Of a DNA stretch of 64,000 bases, positions 18,581-30,543 are shown piece by piece (position 1 is the first letter of the stretch; each line of letters starts with the position of its first letter). Position numbers and translations under genes: made by a program. The stretch is from assembly GCA_015655545.1 (NCBI GenBank), contig JAATET010000071.1:2526-66525 (forward strand), in the 5' to 3' direction. Under the pieces are notes generated by a model that saw only the letters and a list, made by a program, of their open reading frames with translations, did no database searches and was not told where the DNA came from. The DNA comes from Chthoniobacterales bacterium (lineage in GTDB: Bacteria; Verrucomicrobiota; Verrucomicrobiia; Chthoniobacterales; JAATET01).

Positions 18581-19735
18581 TCATCGCGACCAGCTCGGCT
18601 CGCTGACTTTGCCCAGGCCGCTCACGATCGGCACGCTGCGTCCATTCTGCGAATCGAGCAGCAGCAGCGAGGAGCCGTCGCTATAGATCAGATGCCGCGA
18701 GTCCGCGCCCCAGGCCGGATCTTCTCCGCCGGAAGCCACGATGCGCGTGGCGCCGCTGCGCATGTCGGTGAACGCGATCGAAAATCCGCCCTGGCGAACC
18801 GTGAACGCGATCTTGTGGCCGTCCGGCGACCAGCTCGGCTCGGTGCAGAATCCGAAACCCGTGCTCACCGGCTGCGCGGTGCCGCCGCCGGAGGAAATGC
18901 GGAACAGCCGCGGGCTGCCATTCTCATCGGACGAGAAAACGATCTCGTTGCCATCCGGCGACCACGAGGGCGAGGACTCGACGCCTCGCGTGCGGGTGAG
19001 CCGGCGCGCGCCGGAGCCGTTCGCGCCGACGACGTAGAGCTCGGGATTGCCGTCCTTGCTGATCGAGCAGGCGATGCGTCCGCCATCCGGCGAGAACGCC
19101 GCGCCGGAATTCGTGCCGGGAAACTTCACGATGCGATCGCGTTTCCCGCTCGCGAGCTGAACGAGATAAATATCCGCATAGCCGCTCAGGTAGCCGGTGT
19201 AGGCCAGCTTCGTGCCATCCGCGCTCAACGCCGGGGCGACGCTGATGTTTCCGTCCTTCGTGATCTGGCGCACGTTCGCGCCGTCGTAGTCGGCGGTGTA
19301 GATTTCCTTGCGGCCCGTGCGCGTCGCGGCGAACGTGATCTTCGAACTCGCGATGCCGGGATGCCCGGTGATCGTCTCGACGATGTCATCCGCGAAACGA
19401 TGCGCGACGTCGCGCGACGAGCCCGAATAGGTCTTCGACAAAACCGTGCCGCCGCTGCGGTCCTTGACGAGTCCTTGCAAGCTGCCGCCGTCCGCGGCGC
19501 CCGAGACCACGTAGGAGGCGGTCGCCGGCTGGCCGAGCAGGAATGCGCCCGCGAGCCCGAGATCGTTTTGCAAAACCGCTCCCACCGCCTTGCCCTCGCC
19601 GCCGCCAATGCCGCCGAGCGCGAGATTGATCGCGTCACTTTTGCGGATCGTGATGGTCGGCGCGTCCTGCGCAAGGACAGCGGGAATAGCAAGCAGCAAT
19701 GCGGCGCGAACAGAGAAAATGAGCAGGGATTTCAT
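18581..19735 (-). CDS. tolB: Tol-Pal system beta-propeller protein TolB
   Basis: The ATG at 19735 gives the signal peptide 'MKSLLIFSVRAALLLAIPAVLAQ'. Repeated 'P.(W/F)SPDG..I(A/V)F' blades ('PALSADGTKLAY', 'AAFSPDGGRIAC', 'SPSWSPDGNEIVF', 'EPSWSPDGHKIAF'). Confidence 0.85.
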   Translation of the reverse strand: MKSLLIFSVRAALLLAIPAVLAQDAPTITIRKSDAINLALGGIGGGEGKAVGAVLQNDLGLAGAFLLGQPATASYVVSGAADGGSLQGLVKDRSGGTVLSKTYSGSSRDVAHRFADDIVETITGHPGIASSKITFAATRTGRKEIYTADYDGANVRQITKDGNISVAPALSADGTKLAYTGYLSGYADIYLVQLASGKRDRIVKFPGTNSGAAFSPDGGRIACSISKDGNPELYVVGANGSGARRLTRTRGVESSPSWSPDGNEIVFSSDENGSPRLFRISSGGGTAQPVSTGFGFCTEPSWSPDGHKIAFTVRQGGFSIAFTDMRSGATRIVASGGEDPAWGADSRHLIYSDGSSLLLLDSQNGRSVPIVSGLGKVSEPSWSR

Positions 19736-19775
19736 GGCCAGATGACGGGTTGACGGATACCATGCGTCGCGAATC

Positions 19776-22436
19776 GTGCCCTTTTCAACAACGAAGAGAT
19801 CGACCGCAGTGGAAGGTTCCCTCCCGCCTGCCGTTCGGCCATGGCGGGATGCGGCCCTCGCCGGCCTCGCGGTGGCCGCCGCCATCAGTCTCGGCGCCTA
19901 TATTGTTTACGAGCGCGCGTGGGTCGAAAAAGTTTCCGACGTGCGTCACCACGTGGCCGAGCTGGCCAAACGCCTCAGCCGCTTCGCGACCGCGCCGCAC
20001 CAGACCGCCAAAAAATTGCCGCCCGCGGAACGCGCCAAGGCCGCCGCCTCGCTGAGCTCGCCGCTTTCCTACGTGCGCGACAACAGCGAGGAAGTCCGCC
20101 GCATTTACACCTTCGCGCTCGAGGACGAAGAGAAATTGACGCTGCTCGACACGAGCAAAAACGGCCAGAAGCCCGCGCCCCACACGCTGCCTCCGGACGC
20201 GCAGCGGGCGCGCCAGCACTACCGCGATCCCGGCAGCGGCGGCGAGCCTCTGTGGACCTCGACGAACGGGGTCGAGGCCACCGCATTTTCGCTCATTGCC
20301 GATCGCGACAACAAATCCGTCGGCGTGATCGGAGTCGAGGCCAACGCCGATCTGCTGCAGGTGAAGCTCGGCGCCATCCGGCAGGCGCTGTGGTTCACCT
20401 GCCTGCTCGGATTGGGAGTCGGCGCGATCTCGGCCATCTTCGTCTGGCGCATGCGCGCGCGGGCGGCTCTGGCGCAGGCGCAGATCGAGGAAAATCGCCG
20501 TGTGGAGGAAGCGATCATCGCCTCGCTCGGAGAGGTCATCTACACCTTCGACATCGCCGCGGAAATTTTCCGTTGGCGCGGCAACGTGGTGCCGCTGCTC
20601 GGTTTCACGCCCACCGTCGAAGGCGAACGCAAAAGCTCGTGGCTCGCGCGGGTGCATCCCGACGACCAGGCCCGTTACGTCGCCGCTCTGGCGGATGCCG
20701 CCGAAGGATCCCGCCCGATGCAGCTCGAATACCGCATCCAGCGCGGCGACGACTCCCCGCTCTGGGTGCTGGATCGCAGCCGTCCGCTGGAAATGCACGA
20801 CGGGCAGATTCAACTCATCGGTTCGCTGATCGACCTGACCGCGAAACGCGCCGCGGAAGCACAGCTGATCGAGAGCGAGCAGCGGTTTCGCGACGTCAGC
20901 GAGGCGGCGGGCGAATTCATCTGGGAGGTGAACCGGGAATGTCACTTCACCTATGCGTCACGCCGGGTGACCGACGTGCTCGGCGTCGAGCCCGAAACGC
21001 TGGTGGGACAGTCGCCTTTCGAGTTCGTGCCGGAGGAAGATCGCGAATCGGTGCGGCAGCGTTCGCAGGAAATTCACGCCGCCGGACTTGCGTTCCGAAA
21101 CTTCGAACATCGCGTCCGCCGCACGGACGGAGCCCTGCGCTGGATCAGCGTCAGCGGCGTGCCGATCCGCGACTCGGCGGGACAGATCCTCGGCTACCGC
21201 GGCGCCTCGCTCGACATCAGCAAACATCGCGAATACGAACGCGAGCTCGTCCTGCAAAAAGAGGCCGCCGAAGCCGCCGCCCGCGCGAAGAGCAACTTCC
21301 TCGCGATGATGAGCCACGAGATCCGCACCCCGCTCAACAGCGTGCTCGGCTTCGCCGATCTCGTGCTCGACTCTCCGCTGAATCCCGCGCAGCGCGAGCA
21401 TCTGGAGATCATCAAAAGCAGCGGCGACGCGCTCCTGGTCCTGCTCAACGACATTCTCGATTTTTCGAAGATCGAATCGGGCCGGATGGAAATCGAAATC
21501 CGCCCGACGGATCTCCGGCGCTGCATCCGCGAAGTGCTCGATCTCTACCGGCTGAGCGCCACGGCGAAGCAGCTGAAGCTCTCCGCCGAAATCGCGCCCG
21601 ACGTGCCGCACCATGTGCTCACGGACTGGTCGCGGCTGCGGCAGATCCTGGTCAACCTCGTCGGCAATGCGGTGAAATTCACCGCCGAGGGCGGGGTCCA
21701 CGTCCGCGTGTTTTTGGCGCGCGGCGAGGAAGTCGCGAACACGCGCCTGCGCATCGAGGTCTCCGACACCGGCATCGGCATCAGTGCCGAGCAGCGCCTG
21801 CGGCTCTTCAAGCCATTCACGCAGGCGGATTCCTCGACGACCCGTCGTTTCGGCGGCACTGGCCTCGGGCTGGCGATCAGCAGGCGCCTGGCCGTGTTGC
21901 TCGACGGCGAGCTGGGATTGATGGACCACGATGGCGCGGCCTCCACATTCTACGTCGATCTGCCGGCGCAGATTCCCTCCGAGCAGGACTTCGCGGATAT
22001 GGCGCATGAGCCGGAAGCGGAAATTTTTTCGGCCGGGGCGCGCGAGCATTTCGACGGGCGCGTCCCGAGCGTCCTGGTGGTGGACGACAACACGCTCAAC
22101 CGCCGCCTCACGACCCACCTGCTGCGGCAGCTCGGCGCGGAGACGACGACCGTTTCCAGCGCCGCCGAATGCTTTGAGAAACTCGCGATCGGCCATTTCG
22201 ACTTCGTGTTGATGGACGTGCAAATGCCGGCCATGGATGGGCTCGACGCGACGCGGCACATTCGCCGGCAGGAATGGGGCCGCACGATTCCCATCATCGC
22301 GCTCACGGCCGATGCGATGGTGGGCGATCGCGAACGCTGCCTCGAAGCGGGGATGAACGACTACCTCACGAAGCCGCTGCGCCGGGCGGAATTGTCCCGC
22401 GTTCTGCATTCCTTCATGGCCAAAGCGGTGCCGTAA
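19776..22436 (+). CDS. Hybrid sensor histidine kinase/response regulator with PAS domains
   Basis: N-terminal TM segments and PAS-like regions ('ESEQRFRDVSEAAGEFIWEVN'). H-box 'MSHEIRTPLNSVLGFADL', N/G boxes 'LVNLVGNAVKFT' and 'GTGLGLAISRRL', and a receiver domain 'VLVVDDNTLNRRL...LMDVQMPAMDG...ALTA'. The start codon (GTG 19776) is uncertain. Confidence 0.85.
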   Translation: MPFSTTKRSTAVEGSLPPAVRPWRDAALAGLAVAAAISLGAYIVYERAWVEKVSDVRHHVAELAKRLSRFATAPHQTAKKLPPAERAKAAASLSSPLSYVRDNSEEVRRIYTFALEDEEKLTLLDTSKNGQKPAPHTLPPDAQRARQHYRDPGSGGEPLWTSTNGVEATAFSLIADRDNKSVGVIGVEANADLLQVKLGAIRQALWFTCLLGLGVGAISAIFVWRMRARAALAQAQIEENRRVEEAIIASLGEVIYTFDIAAEIFRWRGNVVPLLGFTPTVEGERKSSWLARVHPDDQARYVAALADAAEGSRPMQLEYRIQRGDDSPLWVLDRSRPLEMHDGQIQLIGSLIDLTAKRAAEAQLIESEQRFRDVSEAAGEFIWEVNRECHFTYASRRVTDVLGVEPETLVGQSPFEFVPEEDRESVRQRSQEIHAAGLAFRNFEHRVRRTDGALRWISVSGVPIRDSAGQILGYRGASLDISKHREYERELVLQKEAAEAAARAKSNFLAMMSHEIRTPLNSVLGFADLVLDSPLNPAQREHLEIIKSSGDALLVLLNDILDFSKIESGRMEIEIRPTDLRRCIREVLDLYRLSATAKQLKLSAEIAPDVPHHVLTDWSRLRQILVNLVGNAVKFTAEGGVHVRVFLARGEEVANTRLRIEVSDTGIGISAEQRLRLFKPFTQADSSTTRRFGGTGLGLAISRRLAVLLDGELGLMDHDGAASTFYVDLPAQIPSEQDFADMAHEPEAEIFSAGAREHFDGRVPSVLVVDDNTLNRRLTTHLLRQLGAETTTVSSAAECFEKLAIGHFDFVLMDVQMPAMDGLDATRHIRRQEWGRTIPIIALTADAMVGDRERCLEAGMNDYLTKPLRRAELSRVLHSFMAKAVP

Positions 22437-22504
22437 CACGCCCTTGTCACCGCTCCGCGGCGCGTGCATATTCGGCGTTCCCGCATGACGCGGCGCACAT
22501 TCGC

Positions 22505-23374
22505 ATGAAGGTATATATCGACGGAGAATTTTACGAAAAAGAGCACGCGAAAGTATCGGTGTTCGACCACGGGCTGCTTTACGGCGACGGCGTTTTTGAG
22601 GGCATTCGTTTTTACAATGGCCGCGTCTTTCGCCTCGAGGAGCACATTGACCGTTTGTTCGATTCCGCGCGCGCCATTTGCCTCACCATCCCGCTCGGCA
22701 AGGCGGAAATCATCGCCGCGACATGCGAGACCATTCGCAAAAACGAGCTCCGCGACGGCTACGTGCGTCTCGTCATCACCCGCGGCCCCGGCGACCTCGG
22801 CCTGAACCCCGCCCTTTGTCCGAAAGCGACGGTCATCGTTATCGCGGCCAAGATCACGCTCTACCCGCAGGCCGCATACGAAAACGGCCTCATGGTCGTG
22901 ACCTGTGCCACCCGCCGCATTCCTCACGGCGCGCTCAGCCCGATGGTGAAATCGCTGAACTATCTCAACAACGTTCTCGCGAAAATCGAGGCGCAGAACG
23001 CCGACGCCGGCGAAGGCCTCATGCTCAACGAGCAGGGCTACGTCGCGGAATGCACGGGCGACAATGTTTTCATCGTGAAAAACGGCAGGATCTACACCCC
23101 GCCGATCGCTTCCGGCGCGCTGGCGGGTGTGACCCGCGGCGTCGTTTTCGAGATGGCCGCCGAGGCCGGCATCTCGATCACCGAACCGAACATCACCCGC
23201 TACGATTTGTGGACCGCCGACGAGTGCTTCCTCACTGGCACCGCGGCGGAGTTGATTCCCGTCGTCACGCTCGACCGCCGCTCGATCGGCGAGGGCAAGC
23301 CCGGCCCGATCACGCGCCAGCTTATGACACGCTTCCATGAGTTGACACAGAGCACGGGCACTGTGATTGATTAG
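22505..23374 (+). CDS. ilvE: Branched-chain-amino-acid aminotransferase (class IV PLP fold)
   Basis: The ATG at 22505 gives 'MKVYIDGEFYEKEHAKVSVFDHGLLYGDGVFEGIRFYNG'. Also 'VKSLNYLNNVLAKIEA' and 'ECFLTGTAAELIPV'. Confidence 0.8.
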   Translation: MKVYIDGEFYEKEHAKVSVFDHGLLYGDGVFEGIRFYNGRVFRLEEHIDRLFDSARAICLTIPLGKAEIIAATCETIRKNELRDGYVRLVITRGPGDLGLNPALCPKATVIVIAAKITLYPQAAYENGLMVVTCATRRIPHGALSPMVKSLNYLNNVLAKIEAQNADAGEGLMLNEQGYVAECTGDNVFIVKNGRIYTPPIASGALAGVTRGVVFEMAAEAGISITEPNITRYDLWTADECFLTGTAAELIPVVTLDRRSIGEGKPGPITRQLMTRFHELTQSTGTVID

Positions 23375-23376
23375 GT

Positions 23377-23868
23377 ATGCAATGCGACGTATGCGGTGAG
23401 AAGGACGCCACCGTCTTCCTCACGCAGATCGTGGAAGGGAAGATGCAGAAGGTGAACCTCTGTGAATCCTGCTCGAAGGCCAAGGGCGTGAACGACCCCA
23501 CCGGCTTCGCGCTCGCCGATCTCCTGCTCGGACTCGGCGCCGCCCAGCAGATCGAAAAAAGCCCGTCCTCGCAGAAATGCCCGGTCTGCGGCTTCACCCA
23601 GGCCGATTTCAAAAAGACCGGCCGCCTCGGCTGCAGCGAATGCTACACGACCTTCGCCGACGGCCTTTCCGCCATGCTCGCGAACATGCACAAAGGCACG
23701 ACGCATGTGGGCAAAGCGCCGGGCAACCGGGCGCAAAAACGCGAAATGATCGCGAAGATCAAAACGCTGCAGACCACGCTCGACGAAGCCGTGGCCCACG
23801 AGCAATACGAGACCGCCGCCAGCCTCCGCGACGAAATCCGCAAGATCGAGACCGAGATCGCGCCATGA
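23377..23868 (+). CDS. mcsA: McsA-like protein-arginine kinase activator (zinc-finger + UVR motif)
   Basis: Cys pairs 'CDVCG...CESC' and 'CPVCG...CSECY', followed by the UVR-like 'AVAHEQYETAASLRDEIRKIE'. It is directly coupled to mcsB. Confidence 0.7.
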   Translation: MQCDVCGEKDATVFLTQIVEGKMQKVNLCESCSKAKGVNDPTGFALADLLLGLGAAQQIEKSPSSQKCPVCGFTQADFKKTGRLGCSECYTTFADGLSAMLANMHKGTTHVGKAPGNRAQKREMIAKIKTLQTTLDEAVAHEQYETAASLRDEIRKIETEIAP

Positions 23869-24972
23869 AACTTTCCCGCATCATTTCGAATGCGGGCGAA
23901 TGGCTTTCCGGTGACGGCCCTCATCGCCAAATCGTCGTCAGCAGCCGCATCCGCCTCGCGCGCAACCTCGCCCGCACCCCTTTTCCCGGCTGGGCCAAAC
24001 GCGCCGAGCGCATGGACACCCTCGGCCTCATCCGCCCCGCGATCGAGTCGCTCGACGAAATGCGCGAAGCCTACGCGCAGAATTTGACGGAACTCACGGC
24101 ATTGGAACGGCAGGTGCTTGTCGAGAGACATCTGATCAGTCGCGAACATGCCGCAAAGGGCGCGGGAAGCGCCGTTGTAATGAACGTGGAGCAAACCTTG
24201 AGCTTCATGGTCAACGAGGAAGATCACCTCCGGATGCAGGCCATCCGCTGCGGCCTCCAGCTTCGCGAAGCCTACGCGACCGTGGACAAATGCGACACCG
24301 AGCTCAGCCGCGTGCTCGATTTCGCCTATCACGAAGAGCTCGGCTACCTCACCGCCTGCCCCACGAATGTCGGCACCGGCATGCGCGCCTCCGCCATGCT
24401 TCACCTGCCCGGCCTCGTGATGAGCGATCTCATCAACAAGACGATCAACTCGGTCAACAAGATCGGCCTGGCCGTCCGCGGCCTCCACGGCGAAGGCACC
24501 GAGGCCATGGGCAATCTCTTCCAGGTCTCGAACCAGACCACCCTCGGCGAGAGCGAGGAAAAAATCATCGATCGCCTGAACGACGTCATCGTCCACATCG
24601 TCGAGCACGAGGAAAACGCCCGCCAGACCCTCGTCGAGCGCCGCGCCACCACCGTCCTCGACCAGGTTGGCCGCGCCTACGGCATCCTCTGCAACGCCCA
24701 CAGCATGACCTCGAAAGAGGCGCTGAACCTCCTTTCCGTCATCAAGCTCGGCACCGATCTCGGCCTCTTTCCGGATGCCGCGCGCGTCACCATCGACGAA
24801 TTGTTCATCGAGACGCAGCCAGCCCACTTACAAAAGGGAGCGCAGGGACAGAAAATGACAGCCGACGCTCGCGACGCCTTGCGAGCCACGCTAATCCGAG
24901 CGAAACTCAAGCAGCTTCCCGAGCCGGATATGACGAAGGTCCCGGCCACGGATGTCGATATAAAGGAACCCA

Positions 24973-24983
<11 letters not shown>
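23865..24983 (+). CDS. mcsB: Protein arginine kinase McsB (ATP:guanido phosphotransferase fold)
   Basis: The ATG at 23865 (ATGA overlap) gives 'MKLSRIISNAGEWLSGDG'. Also 'SSRIRLARNL...PF', 'VNEEDHLRMQ', 'LTACPTNVGTGMRASAMLHLPGL' and 'RGLHGEGTEA.GNLFQVSNQ'. Confidence 0.85.
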
Positions 24984-27471
<2,488 letters not shown>

Positions 27472-27478
27472 TCCCTTC

Positions 27479-27520
27479 GCAGCAAAAAGCACCGCGGGTG
27501 ACTGCGGGACTTTTTGCTGC
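27479..27520. terminator. Candidate bidirectional terminator hairpin between the convergent clpC and lyase genes
   Basis: GCAGCAAAAAG-CA-CCGC(gggtgact)GCGG-GA-CTTTTTGCTGC. That is an 11-bp outer stem plus a 4-bp inner stem, with A/T runs built into the stem. It starts 8 nt after the clpC stop. Confidence 0.45.
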
Positions 27521-27650
27521 CTTCCTCCGATCATCAAGTGCTCCAGACGAAATCGGACGGAAAGCCGTCGTGGGAATTCGCCAAAGCGCACGCCTACGCG
27601 CGTCATCGGGTCAAACTGCCAAATCCCTTTTACGACATTCCGTAGTCCGC

Positions 27651-28376
27651 TCAGCGTTTCGTGATGCTGCCACCACCCTCCGCCTGATCAGGATGGGTGA
27701 TCTTCGATGTCGTATTGACTCCGACGTCGATAGCCGCACCGTCCAGCGCCTTCAAAAACCATTTGCTCCGGCTGACATCATTGTTCTCCACGATTGCGCG
27801 GGCTCCGTTTCCATCCGCCATCACGAATGCGGTCGTGTCGCGGCTCACATTATTGCGCACCGTCACCGTGACTCCCGGCTTCACGCGCACCGGCTTGGAA
27901 CAATTCTCGAAATAGCAGTTCTCGATCACGATGTTTCGGCCGGCATTGAGCTGCACGGCCTTGTCCCGCGCCCCGCGGAAGGCACAATTGCGGATGATCA
28001 AATTATCGGCGCCATTTGCCGTGATCGCGTCCTCGCAGACTTTGGGAAATATGATGTTTTCGATGATCGCATTTTTGCCGCTCACGTGAATCCCGTCCGG
28101 CGATTCCACGATGACGGCATTGCGAACGGTCACCCCGTCGCCCTGCACGGAAATGATCGGCTCCATATGCTCGTTCTGCGAGCAGTCGCCTTCGCCTTTC
28201 CATTTCAGCGCGTCGCCTCCGAAACTCACCGTCCGCCCGTTTTGCGCGAAATACTGAATGGTTCTAAAGCTGCGGGCCTTTGCCGGCTTTTGATCGAAGA
28301 CCGACGCCTCCGGAGCGGCAATCACCGAACTCACCCAGCCCATCAAGCCCACCACCGCTCCAATTTTATGACGCAT
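27651..28376 (-). CDS. Secreted right-handed beta-helix lyase, PL3-type pectate-lyase-like
   Basis: The ATG at 28376 gives the signal peptide 'MRHKIGAVVGLMGWVSSVIAAPEA'. 'VIVESPDGIHVSG', 'PKVCEDAITANGADNLIIRNCAFRGARDKAVQLN' and 'IENCYFENCSKPVR' resemble the PF03211-type pectate-lyase pattern. Confidence 0.6.
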   Translation of the reverse strand: MRHKIGAVVGLMGWVSSVIAAPEASVFDQKPAKARSFRTIQYFAQNGRTVSFGGDALKWKGEGDCSQNEHMEPIISVQGDGVTVRNAVIVESPDGIHVSGKNAIIENIIFPKVCEDAITANGADNLIIRNCAFRGARDKAVQLNAGRNIVIENCYFENCSKPVRVKPGVTVTVRNNVSRDTTAFVMADGNGARAIVENNDVSRSKWFLKALDGAAIDVGVNTTSKITHPDQAEGGGSITKR

Positions 28377-28410
28377 CCCAACCCCTTCGCCCGAACTGCG
28401 CCGCCACGCA

Positions 28411-28441
28411 AAAACAAAAAAGGCCGGGAAAGTTCCCGGCC
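28411..28441 (-). terminator. Rho-independent terminator closing the glycan mega-operon
   Basis: The minus-strand transcript reads GGCCGGGAA-CT-TTCCCGGCC followed by TTTTTTGTTTTTG. The hairpin starts 24 nt after the TGA at 28466-28468. Confidence 0.65.
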
Positions 28442-28465
28442 CGGCGAATCCAACTGAAATTTCGC

Positions 28466-29545
28466 TCATTCGATGGCGTCCAAAAACGCGTTCACGTTTC
28501 GCTCGTTATCGTGCAGTTCCGCCACGAACCTTTCACAACCGTGCTGCGCGGACGAAAGCATTCCCGCTGAACACAACAACGCCCGCGCCTCCCCCGCAAA
28601 TTTTTCCACGTCGCCTCCGGCAAAACACCCCGGCAAAAACCGCTCGAAAAGCCGATCGGGATTTACATCCAGCGAAAGCAACGCGGCGCCCCCGAGGCCT
28701 GCCTGAATGAAGCTGTTCGGCCAGCCCTCGTAGCTCGACGTATTCACGAAAATTCTCGCGGCGTCATAGTGCGCTTGAATGTCGCGATACGGCACGCGCT
28801 CGATGAAATCGAGATTCGGCAGCCCGCGAGCCCGCTCGAAAATTTCTCCCCACAATGCTTCGTCCTCACGCGGGCAAATCATCCGGCACTTTGCCTCCGG
28901 AAGCCGCGCGACCATATCCAGAAAAAGATGGGGCCGCTTGATTGGCTGGCAGCGGGCAATCCAGAGCAAATCGATCGTTTTCTCGGCCGTTCGCGAAGCC
29001 GCCCGCGGCAAAATGAGATTGCGATACATGCCGCACGCGAGTCCCTGCCTGGCGAATTGCTCCGCCTGATAATCGCTCATCGCCAGCCGGATATCGGCCC
29101 CCCGCACGCCGGCTTCAAAGACCGCGCCGCGCACCGGATTCTCCCGTCGAAACTCGCCATTCACTTCCGTGTCGAGACCGCAAATGAACCCGAGCCGGTA
29201 AGGGACGACCCGCCGGAGATGAAGCAGGTAGAGCCATGTCGTCCACCCCAGTATCAAGACATAATCCGGGCGTGCCTCCCGAAGAATCGAGCGCACCCGC
29301 GGCAGTGCCCGGAGCATATCGGCGAGTCCTCCGGTTTGAAACGGACCTCCATTTCGAGTGATGACGCCGTCGAAAACCATCCCGTCCCGCTGCCCGATAT
29401 CGCCGCCAATGATGACCGCCTCGTGCCCACGTTTTACGAGCTCCCGGGCCAGCAGCGCGACTTGCAATTCCGCGCCGCCGGACACCCGATCCGAAGCGGG
29501 ATCGAGCGCCAAATGGGCGTAACTCGAGAGAAAGCAAAACTTCAT
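28466..29545 (-). CDS. Glycosyltransferase family 4 (GT-B)
   Basis: 'MKFCFLSSY....GGAELQVALLARELVKRGHEV'-type N-terminus. C-terminal 'IFVNTSSYEGWPNSFIQAGLGGAALL' (EX7E-like). The start is an ATGA overlap with the upstream stop. Confidence 0.8.
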   Translation of the reverse strand: MKFCFLSSYAHLALDPASDRVSGGAELQVALLARELVKRGHEAVIIGGDIGQRDGMVFDGVITRNGGPFQTGGLADMLRALPRVRSILREARPDYVLILGWTTWLYLLHLRRVVPYRLGFICGLDTEVNGEFRRENPVRGAVFEAGVRGADIRLAMSDYQAEQFARQGLACGMYRNLILPRAASRTAEKTIDLLWIARCQPIKRPHLFLDMVARLPEAKCRMICPREDEALWGEIFERARGLPNLDFIERVPYRDIQAHYDAARIFVNTSSYEGWPNSFIQAGLGGAALLSLDVNPDRLFERFLPGCFAGGDVEKFAGEARALLCSAGMLSSAQHGCERFVAELHDNERNVNAFLDAIE

Positions 29546-30543
29546 TTGCGCAACCCTGCCGCCAGCATCCTCAGCCAGGGCAACCTAAGGATCATTCCGA
29601 AATTCCCCTTGCTTAACGCCTTCAAAAAAGCCCCGCCGCCGTCCGTTCGCTTTTCTTGAAAATAGAGCGCGTAATGTTGCTCGGCCACCAGACGGGTCCA
29701 TCCCGGCGGCTTGCGGCGTCCCCGCAAAAATCCGAGCTCCAACATCCTCACCGCGTCAAAATATCGACGCCAGTTCGCTGGCCGTCTCCCGCTCCAGACC
29801 TCGGCGATGCATTCCCTTTCCGAGCGATCCAGCCCCGGCGCGACTCCCGCCATGTGATCTTTCAAAATCGTTCGGACCTCACCCAGTCTTGCCTCATCCG
29901 TGGCCGCGGCGGCCATCATCGATGCGTCGTGCAAACGATATTTCACCAACGGCGCGCGCAAAGTCACCACCGGAAACTCCGCCGCCACGCGCGACCAGAG
30001 ATCGAGATCCTCGCACGCATGCAAATCGCGATAGCCGGAAAATCGCTCCCGAACCAAATCGCGTCGAAACAACGCGCTCCCGTGAGCAAACGGCGCGCGA
30101 AAGCACAAATCCCACGACACGAGATCGGCATGGCCGCCCGTCCGCCAACGACCGCAAAATCGACCGCCGTCGTTGATCAGCCATGCATCGGAACCAATCA
30201 GTGGCACGGAAGGATTCCCGCGCACGAATGCCATCTGCGCCGCCAGCCGCCCAGGGGCGCTGATATCATCGGCATCCTGCCGCGCGATCCATTCGCCACG
30301 CGCTTCCGCGAGACCGCGATTCAGCGTCGCGACCAAGCCGAGGTTTTTTTCATTCCGCAGCACGCGCACTCGCGGATCGGCAAACGAGAAAAGAAGGGCC
30401 GCCGAATCGTCGGTCGATCCATCGTCGATCGCCAACAGCTCAAAGTCGCAAAACCGCTGCCGCAGAATGCTCGCAACCGATTCGCGCAAATGCCGGGCGC
30501 CATTAAAGACCGGCAGCAGCACGGTCACCGCCGGGCCGCTCAT
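29542..30543 (-). CDS. Glycosyltransferase family 2
   Basis: The ATG at 30543 (ATGA overlap) gives 'MSGPAVTVLLPVFNGARHLRESVASILRQRFCDFELLAIDDGSTDDS'. Also 'ARQDADDIS' (DxD). Confidence 0.85.
   Translation of the reverse strand: MSGPAVTVLLPVFNGARHLRESVASILRQRFCDFELLAIDDGSTDDSAALLFSFADPRVRVLRNEKNLGLVATLNRGLAEARGEWIARQDADDISAPGRLAAQMAFVRGNPSVPLIGSDAWLINDGGRFCGRWRTGGHADLVSWDLCFRAPFAHGSALFRRDLVRERFSGYRDLHACEDLDLWSRVAAEFPVVTLRAPLVKYRLHDASMMAAAATDEARLGEVRTILKDHMAGVAPGLDRSERECIAEVWSGRRPANWRRYFDAVRMLELGFLRGRRKPPGWTRLVAEQHYALYFQEKRTDGGGAFLKALSKGNFGMILRLPWLRMLAAGLRK

Noticed and set aside
22456-22508. An imperfect direct repeat, 'CGCGGCGC(GTG)CAT(A)TTCG', and a duplicated 'GCATGA' upstream of ilvE, considered as a possible attenuator or leader.
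   Set aside because: It is short, GC-rich and imperfect. No leader peptide or alternative hairpins could be convincingly drawn by eye, and it is compatible with chance in this composition.
27651-28469. A long form of the lyase ORF, starting at ATG 28469 in an ATGA overlap with the GT4 stop. This would make it the last coupled gene of the mega-operon.
   Set aside because: A strong hairpin + T-run terminator (28411-28441) lies inside this extension. The ATG at 28376 opens a normal signal peptide. The added 31 aa have no meaningful features.
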